IMG/VR virus record: IMGVR_UViG_3300037991_003291
Coordinates: 1-28,430 of that record
Source of the DNA: a virus
Lineage: Duplodnaviria > Caudoviricetes
Direction: 5' to 3' (one strand)
Length of the DNA stretch: 28,430 bases
Below are positions 1 to 10,203 of this stretch, piece by piece. The notes beneath the pieces were generated by a model. The model did no database searches, was not told where the DNA came from, and was given only the letters and a program-made list of their open reading frames with translations. The position numbers and the translations under genes are program-made. Positions within the stretch are counted from its first letter, which is position 1. Every line of letters begins with the position of its first letter.

Positions 1-60
1 TAGTTCGGACGCATTTGGCTTACTTCCATCTCCAAAAAATTGATTTCCTACAAGTGCCAT
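1..60 (-). CDS. 5' part of a probable virion structural protein (runs off the window)
   Basis: ATG at 60 preceded by AGAGGT; open to the window edge (MALVGNQFFGDGSKPNASEL); continues the minus-strand operon. Confidence 0.6.
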   Translation of the reverse strand, partial: MALVGNQFFGDGSKPNASEL

Positions 61-62
61 AG

Positions 63-782
63 TTACCTCTTTGTATTACATGCCCATATAGAAGCACCAT
101 ATATTTCAAGCTTGCCAAAAGGTTCCGTACCACCAGCTGGTCTATCTTCTGTGCTTACGGTTTGCCATTTTAACTCTAATTTGATTGGCTGTGTACCTAC
201 TGAAATACTAAATGGAATACTTAGATTTTCAAGACGTGGATATACACGGCCAGATTCTGCAATCAACACATCATTGCAAAACAATCCCCAACGCGTCCAC
301 CACTCCATGCCGATGTTATATATAACGCCTGATACTTCTTGTACATCTACACCATGACGAAAATTAATGTCAAAACATCCACTGAGCGTTCCAGACTGAC
401 TGTTTAAATTTAGTATAAACTCAGAAAATGTACTATCGACTTCTGTAATATTATTCCAACCACTTGACCAGTCATCAGACAACAAATTAAAAAACACCAA
501 TGGCTTGTGTATACCGTCTGAAGTTTCCTCTAGGTCCTGCCAACGTCTAATAAAGTAGTAGTCTTGTGTCTGACCGGTCCAAGCAAACGCATACAGGTCT
601 GCAGTATTGTTGCTGGTTACATTACATGGTATAAACTTTGTATTGTCTATGCTGGCCACTGGTACATTCTGACCATCCAATCGACCATTGTATACTCCAA
701 TAGTGCTCTTTGTATTGTCATTGATACTATCTGGTTTGACTTGATCAAACCGCTTCTGACCATGTTGTGTATATACCTTCAT
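63..782 (-). CDS. hypothetical virion/tail protein
   Basis: 239-aa ORF with ATGA overlap to the upstream tail gene; lies in the structural operon. Confidence 0.7.
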   Translation of the reverse strand: MKVYTQHGQKRFDQVKPDSINDNTKSTIGVYNGRLDGQNVPVASIDNTKFIPCNVTSNNTADLYAFAWTGQTQDYYFIRRWQDLEETSDGIHKPLVFFNLLSDDWSSGWNNITEVDSTFSEFILNLNSQSGTLSGCFDINFRHGVDVQEVSGVIYNIGMEWWTRWGLFCNDVLIAESGRVYPRLENLSIPFSISVGTQPIKLELKWQTVSTEDRPAGGTEPFGKLEIYGASIWACNTKR

Positions 783-2974
783 CTTGCTTGCCCCTTTTGT
801 AAACGTGTAGACTGATTCAATGCTGGCATAGCCACATAGTCTGACAACAGATTGAACGATACCAAGTGAAATTGTTGTTCGTTTGTTGTCCGAATTCCAA
901 ACTTAAATTGGTCTACTAGTTGTGTGTTTACGTCAAAACGCAATGTGATTAACCTACCCACTCTTAGTATACCTTGACTCACCTTGAAGGGAACCTTAGT
1001 CACAGAAGCATCTGCCGGACCAAATACTGCATCTTCTTTTGTCGTAAACACTGTTTCTGACTTGGCTTGTTTCTGTGTAGCAGTAGATGTCTCTTCAAAC
1101 GCATAATCTGTAGAATAGTAAAAGTTGAATCCATTGTCACCAAACGATAGTATACGCAGTTCAACACTGTAGTATCTAGTCTTGACTGAGCTGTTTTGAT
1201 ATGCATACCATTCTGACTGCCACTCATGACCAGCGTTTGGTAAGTCGGTTATTGTAACCGTACTACTAATAGCGTTGCTGGCACTGATAGTAGCTTGTTG
1301 GCCCCATGTATTGCTGTTTGACATAACTTGCAATGGACCAAACTTCTTTGTTGTTTGATTCAGTGTAATGGTCCATTCAGGAGATGTGCCTAGCAAAAAG
1401 CATCCGTCAATGGTTGTTGTCATTGCTGACCAGTAACCAGATTCTGCATTGCTTTCATTGAGTCTAAATGACCACATAGGTGTTTGTGGTATTAAGTGTA
1501 GTACAGCTCCAGTATCTGGCACTGTGCTATCTGCAGTTGGGTAGTGCATCCACACTTCCCGTTCCTTGGAACTGTAGGCGGCTACGGTTTTATGCAGTAA
1601 AGGCATATTTCGTCGCTTGAGTTCTTTATCAATACCATTACTAATCTTTTGTACATCCAAACTCGCACCACCATTTAGGCCTCCAGTCAACATATAAATG
1701 CCTTGCTCATTCATAAAGACTACGCCTAGCTGTGGTATTACTACGACACTGTTAGGAGCCGTGGTTCCTACGGTACTGGTTATAGTAGACATAGAGTATT
1801 CGCCATCACCAAACGATACAATATTTATAGCAGATTCTCTGAATACAATCAGGTTATTGTAAAATGCCTGAACCTGTGTAATGTCACCACCGAACGCACT
1901 TGGTACAGTAAAAAAGTCCAGTAGTCCAAACTGTTCAAATATACCAGACTTACTATAGATTATCTTGTCACCTTTGGCCAACCACAGTCTATTATCCCAA
2001 ACTTCACCGTATTTGAAATCTGAATTGATAGGCGCACTTTCAGTTAGTGGTGGTGCTGTGTCAACTAAATATCTGTCTGGTAAGGCATCAACATAGAACC
2101 TACTAGTGTTTTCGTTGATTTGTTTTACATAATACAAAACACCACCACTACTATTAATGTCCTTTGTACGATAGATGCGTCTAGCAACAGTACCTTCTGG
2201 GCCAACAGGCAAATCTAGGGCCACTCCGTATCTGTAGTCTGTGCTGCCAGCAGGCAAGACCCAGTCTGTGCTTTGTATACCACTTAGTGGAGATTCTGCG
2301 CCTAGGTCAGATATAAAAGACATCTTGTATTCGTACTCATACGATACGTCTGCCTCACTGCCTCCAAGACCAAACACAGTTTTCTTACCATAGAATATTG
2401 CAGGTGCTGTAAGTTCACTACCTGTAATGTAATCTGTGTCTACATCTTGTGGATCCGCAGCACCAGTAAAGATAACAAAACCAAAGTCACGCCAAACTTT
2501 ATCTCCACTGAAAAGAATGGCTCTGTCTCTTCCGTTGATAATAAGTAGTTGGGATCCAAGGTTAATATATTGACTGCCAATGTCACCCAATTTAGGCACA
2601 TAACGATCACTATCAACAACAACAAGATCATTGTCATAAAAAGCTCCAGTGTAAGTGGATCCCTGACCTTTGTTTCCAAGCACATAATAAAGCTTTCCAT
2701 TTTGTTCCACAAACGTGTAAACATCATTGGTACCCTGTCTTTTCCATTGATAGCATGAATCCACTTTAGCATCAAAATAGTCCTGTAGTGTCGCAGTGCT
2801 TACTGTCCAACTTGCAGGTGCTTGCCACCAAGACTCAAACCCAACATCTCCTACCCATCCACCTTCTGGAGAATATCGACAGTTTAGAATCTTAAAAGCA
2901 TCTCCAAGTTGTGGTGTCAATACCTGATTCACACCATTACAAGGCACATAGGAACTTAGACGTTGTGATTTCAC
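779..2974 (-). CDS. tail nozzle / tail tubular protein B-like (T7 gp12 / P22 gp10-like beta-propeller)
   Basis: 731 aa, beta-rich. Segments DNRLWLA, IIYSKSG, GDITQVQAFYNNLIVFRESAI and VGTTAPNSVV..GVVFMNEQGIY are typical of podovirus nozzle proteins. Follows the adaptor gene. Confidence 0.75.
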   Translation of the reverse strand: MKSQRLSSYVPCNGVNQVLTPQLGDAFKILNCRYSPEGGWVGDVGFESWWQAPASWTVSTATLQDYFDAKVDSCYQWKRQGTNDVYTFVEQNGKLYYVLGNKGQGSTYTGAFYDNDLVVVDSDRYVPKLGDIGSQYINLGSQLLIINGRDRAILFSGDKVWRDFGFVIFTGAADPQDVDTDYITGSELTAPAIFYGKKTVFGLGGSEADVSYEYEYKMSFISDLGAESPLSGIQSTDWVLPAGSTDYRYGVALDLPVGPEGTVARRIYRTKDINSSGGVLYYVKQINENTSRFYVDALPDRYLVDTAPPLTESAPINSDFKYGEVWDNRLWLAKGDKIIYSKSGIFEQFGLLDFFTVPSAFGGDITQVQAFYNNLIVFRESAINIVSFGDGEYSMSTITSTVGTTAPNSVVVIPQLGVVFMNEQGIYMLTGGLNGGASLDVQKISNGIDKELKRRNMPLLHKTVAAYSSKEREVWMHYPTADSTVPDTGAVLHLIPQTPMWSFRLNESNAESGYWSAMTTTIDGCFLLGTSPEWTITLNQTTKKFGPLQVMSNSNTWGQQATISASNAISSTVTITDLPNAGHEWQSEWYAYQNSSVKTRYYSVELRILSFGDNGFNFYYSTDYAFEETSTATQKQAKSETVFTTKEDAVFGPADASVTKVPFKVSQGILRVGRLITLRFDVNTQLVDQFKFGIRTTNEQQFHLVSFNLLSDYVAMPALNQSTRLQKGQAR

Positions 2975-4467
2975 GACAGTCTCCTCAACGTACTTCCATC
3001 ATATGTTGGTCTACCATAGGCCATATGAAATTGACCACGTTGTACGCGTTGGTCTATCTTGTCAACATATCGCTTGGCCAAAGTGGTTATCTCTTTCATA
3101 TACTTACGCTCGTATGTTGTTGCCAACCCTTGTTGTCCCAACTTTAAGTATATGTCCTCCAATGCTTTGTAAACTATAAGCTGGTGAAACTCGTATGGCA
3201 TCTTTGGAACATCTGTTGACAACAGTAGGTCTTGTGGTTTCTCTAAGTATCGTATCACACCTTCGCGTACGTAGTCATGAAACGTGGTAGTTGTACCACC
3301 ACTCTTAATCTGTACTACCTCATAGTCGAATCCGTTTACTCTAGGATATGGTCTTATCTGTTGGTGAAGTCCATCAATTTCAATGTATCGTCTAGAACCA
3401 TTGTCCAACTGATTGGTATTTAGTATCTCAATAGATGATACCGTGTCCTCTGCAATCAAGATGTCTAGATAGTTAAGTTCATTTCTATTTGAACCTCCAA
3501 CGGTAACAAACAACCAACACGGCAACCCTCTACGCTCTGCTGTGGTTTTGTCGAAGTTCTTATTCCACAGTATAACCTTACGGTAACCTTCCCATTGAGA
3601 AGCAACCTGATCTTTGTCGTTGTATGTGTCAGCTATAATGACTTCATCATCCCACGACACAAACTTGACACCTATGCCTTTGTTGCTTGCATCAAACGTA
3701 ACTACCGCAGGCTCTGACAAAGCACCAATCTTGCCATCCTTGAGGAAGGCCCAACACAACTCGTAAGACTTACCATTTGGAAAGTTGCCTGTAGCTTCTG
3801 TTACTGTAAGTTCAATCTTTTCAGCTGGTTTCACGGTAACTGAAGGACTGGTAATGTACGCTTCAGCATAGCTCATTTCTCTATCTACACGTAGGTCTAA
3901 GTCTTCTTCACGTCTAGGTAGTATGGCTGTAGACTTTCCATACGGGTTTTGTGAACCAGTTACAGATACGTAGGGGTAATCTCTATGACCTAAATACAAC
4001 AGCTCCAAACAGTTTTCTGGAAGTGTATACCATCGCTTCTTAATCTTCCAACCTGTATAGTCGTTGTAACTTGTTCCCTCATACGCTCTGTCTAATAAAA
4101 TTTCTGTTTGAGACAACACTTTGGATATTGTATACTCCATAGTATCAATCTCAATGGGTTGTCCTTCCCATATATCTGGATTGTGCAACCTATCTATGGC
4201 TGCACTTAGTGTGGCCTTGCGTTGACCACGAGTAATATTCATATTCACAGCTGTAGCACCAGTGTTTTCTAGGTCTGTAGTTGCAGTAATGTCTACATGA
4301 AAACGCAATGTGCTTAACTTAGTAGCAAAATTCCAACGCTTCATTGTCCAGATACAATAGTATGCGTCATTGATTAGCTCATCTACTTGATCATTAAACT
4401 GTTGTAGTTCAGGTGAGTAGTCAGTAATATTCTTAACCTTTTCACGCAATGCTTTTAAGTTGGCCAT
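2971..4467 (-). CDS. head-tail adaptor / tail tubular protein A-like, with a large central insertion
   Basis: Start reassigned to MANLKALREK (GGAGA RBS). N-terminal LINDAY..W.F and YTLP..CL motifs; C-terminal PYP..Y..KP.DL..DVP.MP.EFHQLIVYKAL; located after the capsid genes. Confidence 0.7.
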   Translation of the reverse strand: MANLKALREKVKNITDYSPELQQFNDQVDELINDAYYCIWTMKRWNFATKLSTLRFHVDITATTDLENTGATAVNMNITRGQRKATLSAAIDRLHNPDIWEGQPIEIDTMEYTISKVLSQTEILLDRAYEGTSYNDYTGWKIKKRWYTLPENCLELLYLGHRDYPYVSVTGSQNPYGKSTAILPRREEDLDLRVDREMSYAEAYITSPSVTVKPAEKIELTVTEATGNFPNGKSYELCWAFLKDGKIGALSEPAVVTFDASNKGIGVKFVSWDDEVIIADTYNDKDQVASQWEGYRKVILWNKNFDKTTAERRGLPCWLFVTVGGSNRNELNYLDILIAEDTVSSIEILNTNQLDNGSRRYIEIDGLHQQIRPYPRVNGFDYEVVQIKSGGTTTTFHDYVREGVIRYLEKPQDLLLSTDVPKMPYEFHQLIVYKALEDIYLKLGQQGLATTYERKYMKEITTLAKRYVDKIDQRVQRGQFHMAYGRPTYDGSTLRRLS

Positions 4468-4480
4468 AATGTCTCCAAAC

Positions 4481-4512
4481 AAAAAGGGTGGAGTGCGTAC
4501 ACACCCACCCTT
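4481..4512 (-). terminator. intrinsic terminator after the capsid/decoration genes
   Basis: Minus strand AAGGGTGG..CCACCCTT stem followed by TTTGTTT. Confidence 0.75.
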
Positions 4513-4538
4513 CGAGTATATCACAAGGAAAATTCAGA

Positions 4539-4976
4539 TTAGAACTGTTTGATTACAAACACCGTTGATTTACCACCAGAAACTGCAGACCCCGCTACAG
4601 CCAAGATGGGATCTTCAAATGTAGCTTGATATGGTTCTAGAATACCTACAGTGCTGTAAATACTTAGTCGGTCACCAACTCCAGTACCAGCTTTTACTTT
4701 TGCTGAGCACATACCAGCAATGCAAACATCAACTGTTTCGCCAGCAGCAGCATCACCAATAGCAACACCGATTCCACAACGCTTAGCGTTGGTTCCAGTA
4801 TCAGCCTTCATTACATGAATAGCTTTGTCACCATCTTTGGCTTGTGCCAAGTCCAATGACAATGCATCTCCAGCAGCAATAGCTTCAGAAGCAATGAATG
4901 TTTCCACTTGTCGACGGTTCATAGCCTCGATGCCTACGCCTGTTTCCAAGTATTGAATAATATTTTGAGTAGCCAT
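4539..4976 (-). CDS. capsid decoration/cement protein (DUF2190-like)
   Basis: Start MATQNII (GGAGG RBS); 145 aa, Ala/Gly-rich (AIAAGD, GIGVAIGDAAAGETVDV); directly after the major capsid gene. Confidence 0.65.
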   Translation of the reverse strand: MATQNIIQYLETGVGIEAMNRRQVETFIASEAIAAGDALSLDLAQAKDGDKAIHVMKADTGTNAKRCGIGVAIGDAAAGETVDVCIAGMCSAKVKAGTGVGDRLSIYSTVGILEPYQATFEDPILAVAGSAVSGGKSTVFVIKQF

Positions 4977-4986
4977 GATAACCTCC

Positions 4987-6015
4987 TTAAAATTGGTCTG
5001 CGTCAAACAGAACACCACAAGAACCAAGATGGTCAGCGATTAATTGCATCTTAACATACAATTGTGCTGCTCGTGCAGTAGTTCCTGAAATGTGCTCAAA
5101 TGGTGAAACAGCAAAGTCAGCATCTTTATGCATGCACAACTTAATACCGTCAAAGTTTAAGAAATACGCAGACATAAATCCAGCACCAAAGTCAGCTGAG
5201 TTATATGCAAACCCCATTTCTAGGTCTTGCTCTACAACTGCTCCACCAAAGGCCAACTGCATACGTCCACCGTCAAGTGTCTTCTCATTAATGTATCGCT
5301 CTTGTGCGAACAAAGCACGACGATAGTTAGCCATACATTTTTCAGACATCAACACGCAGTCAATCTCGCCCATATGAGTTACACTGTTTGCTTCAATAGC
5401 CAACTGTTGCATACCACGGATACCATTGGTACCAAAAGCATTTTGAGCGTCAAATACTTGGTTTTGCCAACCATTTGTAGTATTGTAAGTTGTTTTGCTA
5501 ATACCACCAACAGTATTGGTTTGATTACCAGCAGCACCTTTGTTCTCAGCCTCTAGGAACCCGTCTGTAACAGCACCGTTCAAAGTATTTACAGAAGTCA
5601 AGATAGTTGAGTTACCAACTAGAATCTGCTTGTTAAGTTCACGTCGCAACATACCCATTACAGAACGCATACGTGCCTCAACAATCTTAACGATAGCTTT
5701 TTCGCCTTGGTTTTCAAGCTCTTCTTTCTTGGTAATTACGATAGGTGCAGTAAAGTCAGACCAGTTGTAGATTGCAGGTTGCAATACATCTTTAACTGCC
5801 AAGTTTACAGCTTCGTAACCAGTAGGAAGGTTTGTAATTTGTGAGTGTTCAGCGATTGAAAGTGGACGTTGTATTTTAATACCACCGTCTTCAAATTCAA
5901 TCCCATTGTATCTTTTTGCATTGTCTAAAAATGCAACTTTTTGAAATAGTTCGTCAACTTCGCCATCACGAATGGAAAACAAGGTTGACGACAGCAAATC
6001 ATTAGAAATAGCCAT
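4987..6015 (-). CDS. major capsid protein
   Basis: 342 aa; motifs DGGIKIQRPL, ELENQGEKAIVKIVEARM, VGGISK..WQN and AYFLN typical of HK97-fold phage capsids; lies between scaffold and decoration genes. Confidence 0.85.
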   Translation of the reverse strand: MAISNDLLSSTLFSIRDGEVDELFQKVAFLDNAKRYNGIEFEDGGIKIQRPLSIAEHSQITNLPTGYEAVNLAVKDVLQPAIYNWSDFTAPIVITKKEELENQGEKAIVKIVEARMRSVMGMLRRELNKQILVGNSTILTSVNTLNGAVTDGFLEAENKGAAGNQTNTVGGISKTTYNTTNGWQNQVFDAQNAFGTNGIRGMQQLAIEANSVTHMGEIDCVLMSEKCMANYRRALFAQERYINEKTLDGGRMQLAFGGAVVEQDLEMGFAYNSADFGAGFMSAYFLNFDGIKLCMHKDADFAVSPFEHISGTTARAAQLYVKMQLIADHLGSCGVLFDADQF

Positions 6016-6139
6016 TTTATCACCTAATAAAGTTTATTATTTGTATCTATTATAAACGTGTTCCACTCGGAATGTCTGTTGTCAGGGTGCTTATAAAGTC
6101 CATCGAACAATAATATAATACAGTTATGTTGTTGGATTG

Positions 6140-6562
6140 TCAACACAAGCCTTGCTTGTATTGTTGTAAAATTGTATAAAGCCAGTGGCCCGGACATTCT
6201 GTAGCCCCGAGATCTCGGTGACCGTAGACGTTTTCCCTAGTAATGTTGTGTTCTTCTAGCAACATGTTTAAGGTACCTAGCAAAGATTGCACCTGCGCAG
6301 TTGTTGGTGGTTCTTCACTTGTATTGCCAGTCACGCATATACCAATAGAACCTCTGTTGTGTCCCCTACAATGAGCACCTGTCTTGTTTATTGATCTACC
6401 CCTTTCGAGTGTGCCATCACCCAAAATAATATAATGATAGCCAATATCACTCCACCCATTGCCGTTGACGTGCCAGTCCCGAATCTGCGCGACCGTTGTT
6501 GTTTGCGGCGAAGCTGTATGATGGACGACAATCTTGTTAACACTACGTTTACCTCTAGCCAT
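6140..6562 (-). CDS. N-acetylmuramoyl-L-alanine amidase (Amidase_2, T7 lysozyme-like endolysin)
   Basis: IVVHHTA, GWSDIGYHY, GAHCRGHN, SIGIC and GHRD..TECPG zinc-amidase motifs. Confidence 0.95.
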   Translation of the reverse strand: MARGKRSVNKIVVHHTASPQTTTVAQIRDWHVNGNGWSDIGYHYIILGDGTLERGRSINKTGAHCRGHNRGSIGICVTGNTSEEPPTTAQVQSLLGTLNMLLEEHNITRENVYGHRDLGATECPGHWLYTILQQYKQGLC

Positions 6563-6570
6563 GTGTTACC

Positions 6571-7416
6571 TCACTTTTTGGCAGATTGACTTTTGTGGTA
6601 TTGGTAAGCTTCCCAAGCATCCCTAAACTTGGGAGTACCGGAAGGTGTAACGGAGTTGCCTGTAGACGTTTTGCGCAATGTTTGACGACGTTCAGAACGC
6701 TGTTGTGCAACTTGTGCTCGTTCTTCTTTTAATCGTTCTGCATCTACCTTGGCCTTTACAATGTAAAAAGCATCCTCAAGCTTTAACTCTGGACGCTCCT
6801 GCAACATTTGTGCAACTGGTAGCCTATAATCATCTTGCATCAACTCTGGATTGTCACTTTTAAACTGTTCTAGTTGCATCCTGCGTTGCTTCATTTGTAT
6901 TTCTTCTTGTGCAGGTTTCATCATTTCTTGCAACATCTGAGCTGCTTGTCGTTTGATTTCAGCTTGCATACCTTCAGGTGTATACAAATCATACTCTTCT
7001 TCGTTTGCCAACACTGCTTCAGCTTGTTGTAGAAAAGGATTGTTAACAGCCATTTCTTCTTGTGCCATAAGTGCTTGTCGCTCTGCTTCCAAGTCTTTGC
7101 GCATTTGTGCAAGTTCTTGTGTCTTGCGTGTATACGATGAACGAATGTTGGCTACATGCTTTCGTACTTCTTCTGGTATGTGCTGCATCCACTCATGCAA
7201 TGGTTTCATGCCCTTGTGGTTTGCGTCTTCCGTAAACTCTTCGAAATCATCCTCTTGTATGTCCATTAAATCATCAATAGACAACAGTTCTTCAAGTGTC
7301 ATGGTAACAGTTTCTGCATTTGGGTCTACTTCTGTAGTATCAGCAACTTCTGTATCTGGGGTTTCTACGGTTTCTGGGGTTTCGACAGTCTCTACTGAGG
7401 TAGTGTCTACAGACAT
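6571..7416 (-). CDS. capsid scaffolding protein
   Basis: Start MSVDTTS (AGGAGA RBS); acidic N-terminus, YTRKTQELA motif, coiled coil; lies between portal and capsid genes. Confidence 0.8.
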   Translation of the reverse strand: MSVDTTSVETVETPETVETPDTEVADTTEVDPNAETVTMTLEELLSIDDLMDIQEDDFEEFTEDANHKGMKPLHEWMQHIPEEVRKHVANIRSSYTRKTQELAQMRKDLEAERQALMAQEEMAVNNPFLQQAEAVLANEEEYDLYTPEGMQAEIKRQAAQMLQEMMKPAQEEIQMKQRRMQLEQFKSDNPELMQDDYRLPVAQMLQERPELKLEDAFYIVKAKVDAERLKEERAQVAQQRSERRQTLRKTSTGNSVTPSGTPKFRDAWEAYQYHKSQSAKK

Positions 7417-7417
7417 A

Positions 7418-7576
7418 TTATCTCCTTTTGTTTTTACATGAGCAGCCCTTCTTCTTAGACTTGCCACTCTGTCTTGCTTTTACAGCTTTCATACGTCTCT
7501 TGGCCGCCGTCTTGGTCTTCGACGTGCCCTTAACGTTCTTAATCTTATATCCACCTTTGGTTTTACGGATAGGCAT
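7418..7576 (-). CDS. small highly basic protein (52 aa, absent from the ORF track)
   Basis: MPIRKTKGGYKIKNVKGTSKTKTAAKRRMKAVKARQSGKSKKKGCSCKNKRR; TAATG overlap with the upstream gene and fills the gap exactly. Confidence 0.75.
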   Translation of the reverse strand: MPIRKTKGGYKIKNVKGTSKTKTAAKRRMKAVKARQSGKSKKKGCSCKNKRR

Positions 7577-8079
7577 TACATACGCTCCATGAACAAGGCA
7601 TCTACATCCATATCTTCCATATCCTCGTCAGTATCGGGTTCTTCGCCCTCTGTAGCTTCACCTTTGTCATCAGACATACCCTTAAGATACTTCTTAAATG
7701 AACGGTCATTCACTAAACGGTTAATCTTTCCGGCCAACATGTTTACATTCTCATCACCAGTAATATCACCCATATCAAAATCCATCTCTTCATCGATAAT
7801 GTCTTCTTCAATAGCACCACTGACAGCACCTTCAAACATTGCCAACACACGTACAAAGTCTGTTGGAAACTCAGTAATATTGCTTTCAAACATAGGATAG
7901 TCTGGTGTTTGATCAAACAATGGCAACAAACGATTGGTGGCTTTTACCAAGTTGTTCAATGCCTTTGCAGTGAATCTGCCTCTAGGGGCCATTTGTCCAA
8001 ACATCGATTCATCGTCTTGTTCAGCACCTTGTATCTCAATTTCCATTTCCATAGATGGCTTTGTCATTTCTTCGTTCAT
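7576..8079 (-). CDS. hypothetical acidic protein
   Basis: 167-aa ORF with start/stop overlaps on both sides. Confidence 0.75.
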   Translation of the reverse strand: MNEEMTKPSMEMEIEIQGAEQDDESMFGQMAPRGRFTAKALNNLVKATNRLLPLFDQTPDYPMFESNITEFPTDFVRVLAMFEGAVSGAIEEDIIDEEMDFDMGDITGDENVNMLAGKINRLVNDRSFKKYLKGMSDDKGEATEGEEPDTDEDMEDMDVDALFMERM

Positions 8080-8549
8080 TTTTTACCCCATGTTTCATCA
8101 AGTTTACCGCTGACTGCATCACTTGCTGTAAATGCAGCACAGACAGCTTCCTCTTTTGTTTTACCACTTTTTAAGGCTTCTGTGTAGGTTTCAATATTTT
8201 TATCTTGATTTGCAACACGTCTCTTCTGTGTCTCAACTGCTGTATCCCAACGGTCTTTGGGCAGGTCTGCCTCACACACAAAGCCTCTAGACTCCATGAT
8301 CTTTTGCTCTTTTTGTCTAGACTCTACATGTCTACCAAGGGCCTTGCTGTAGTACCCATTGACACCATGTCTACCAGTTGTATTCCAGCTACTGTGAGCA
8401 CGGGGAGCACGAATCATTCTATATAACTTACCACCACAACCACTATCAATAGTGTCCATACCGCAAACCTCAGGGTCTGGGTCTCTGAACTTAACTATCA
8501 TAGTGTGTTCACGATCACAATGATGACAACCGTAAGTGAATCGTGGCAT
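8076..8549 (-). CDS. FmdB-like zinc-ribbon protein
   Basis: MPRFTYGCHHC..C..CGGKLYRMI matches the FmdB-family zinc ribbon often found after phage portals. Confidence 0.7.
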   Translation of the reverse strand: MPRFTYGCHHCDREHTMIVKFRDPDPEVCGMDTIDSGCGGKLYRMIRAPRAHSSWNTTGRHGVNGYYSKALGRHVESRQKEQKIMESRGFVCEADLPKDRWDTAVETQKRRVANQDKNIETYTEALKSGKTKEEAVCAAFTASDAVSGKLDETWGKK

Positions 8550-10201
8550 TATATACCCCCGCCAAGCATCTGTGCAAGTTGCTGTGTAGGTGCTTCACCT
8601 TGTGCTCCTATGTCACCAGCAACTGTATTCATATCAGTTTCATCTGGTGCTCCGGTCATACCTTGTGGTCCTTGAGGCTGTTGTGGTAGTGGTGGTGGTG
8701 CTTCCATAAAGGATTCTGGTAAGTCATAAAGACGTACAATCTCTTCTTTAATCTTCTCTGGAGATACGCCCAGTTGAGTCAAGACTGGGAGCAGCTGAAC
8801 CAAGTTGCTACGCTTCAAGGCTTCTGACAATGGAGTGCTTGACTGGTCAAGAGCTACTATACGAAACTTAGCATCTAAGTCTTGTACTGTAATAACCTTT
8901 GGAAGGTTGTTGACCTCAATGACAGCTTGCTCATCGTCTTCTGTCAACAAACTGATTGTACGCAAATACACCAATGCCAACTGCTCTATGGCATTGTCAC
9001 GCTCACGGGCCAACTTACCAATCTCACTTGCACTATATTGAGCAAGGGCAGTCACCTCGGTTGCCGTTGCCTTTGTCGCTTCCCCTCGACTAAACGGTGC
9101 CAAAATGCTACCCCGATTGATATCTTGCTCAATATAGTTCAAGTACCTGTCAAAGTTGCCACTCAATGGCTCTACACCCACTGCACGTATAACACCATCC
9201 AACACAGGCTCATCCACCGGTATCATAGCTCCATCAATACCAGCAGTAATCTTGGCCAACGCCTCTTCATCCAATGAACCTTCCTTGTACAAATATTGTC
9301 TACTGTCTCTACGTACACTGTTGGCCCAGTATGTTCTCAATATGTTTTTCTCATAGAACTGGTCATACACACGACATACTGCACTCATACCCAACATGGG
9401 CTTTTCTGGTCTGCGTGCATAATACAACGGACAGATAGGACTCAACGGATTGTCATCATACGTCCGAATCGGTATCTGTGACTTCTCCAACAATGATTCA
9501 CCATCACTGTAGTTGGGTGTCCAAAAGTACAGCATGTCATATGCCATGTCATAAAACTCTACCACCTGTATGTACAAGTAATCATCCGGCAAGTCCTCAC
9601 TCACTCCAGTGTACTTTTCTTGGGGCGTAAAAAAGTCTACCTTGGGTATCGCTGTAAACTTCTTATTGCCAAACTTACGCTTGGCCTCCGGTACACTCAA
9701 GTAATACGTATGCGCCATGTATCGCTGCTCATTCCAACTGCTGGCATCCAAATCTCGTATAATCTCCCAACAAGGTATCGCACGTATAGACACCTTCTCC
9801 AACATGTCTTCACTACTTGTAGGAGACAACTTCAAAAAAGCTGACGGATATATCAATGCCAATCTACTTGCAATCTCCAGCTGCTCACGCTTGTCAAACA
9901 AAAATCTATTGATAACCTCTTGGGCCATAAGCGCATTGCCCTCTATTATAGAAGTATCTTTGGCCACCACAACAGCAGGGTTGCGACTAAACAAACTAGC
10001 AATAAAACCTTCAACATAACCAAAACAATCAGCAGTTTCCACTCTGACCATTGTGTCATCCATATACTCTGACTGCCAAAACCTGTTCTCATACACATCC
10101 CTGTATCGCTTTAACTCTGCGCGTTGCTGGTCATAAAAATCATTGTGTTCATCCAATACAGTACGAATCAAATGTACAATCTCTTTATTACTACGTGCCA
10201 T
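8549..10201 (-). CDS. portal protein
   Basis: 550 aa; ATATEV motif; Pro/Gln-rich C-terminal tail; downstream of TerL. Confidence 0.85.
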   Translation of the reverse strand: MARSNKEIVHLIRTVLDEHNDFYDQQRAELKRYRDVYENRFWQSEYMDDTMVRVETADCFGYVEGFIASLFSRNPAVVVAKDTSIIEGNALMAQEVINRFLFDKREQLEIASRLALIYPSAFLKLSPTSSEDMLEKVSIRAIPCWEIIRDLDASSWNEQRYMAHTYYLSVPEAKRKFGNKKFTAIPKVDFFTPQEKYTGVSEDLPDDYLYIQVVEFYDMAYDMLYFWTPNYSDGESLLEKSQIPIRTYDDNPLSPICPLYYARRPEKPMLGMSAVCRVYDQFYEKNILRTYWANSVRRDSRQYLYKEGSLDEEALAKITAGIDGAMIPVDEPVLDGVIRAVGVEPLSGNFDRYLNYIEQDINRGSILAPFSRGEATKATATEVTALAQYSASEIGKLARERDNAIEQLALVYLRTISLLTEDDEQAVIEVNNLPKVITVQDLDAKFRIVALDQSSTPLSEALKRSNLVQLLPVLTQLGVSPEKIKEEIVRLYDLPESFMEAPPPLPQQPQGPQGMTGAPDETDMNTVAGDIGAQGEAPTQQLAQMLGGGI

Positions 10202-10203
10202 GA

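Noticed and set aside
7355-7392. 18-bp degenerate repeat in the scaffold gene (TVETPE)
   Set aside because: Ordinary low-complexity N-terminus of a scaffolding protein.
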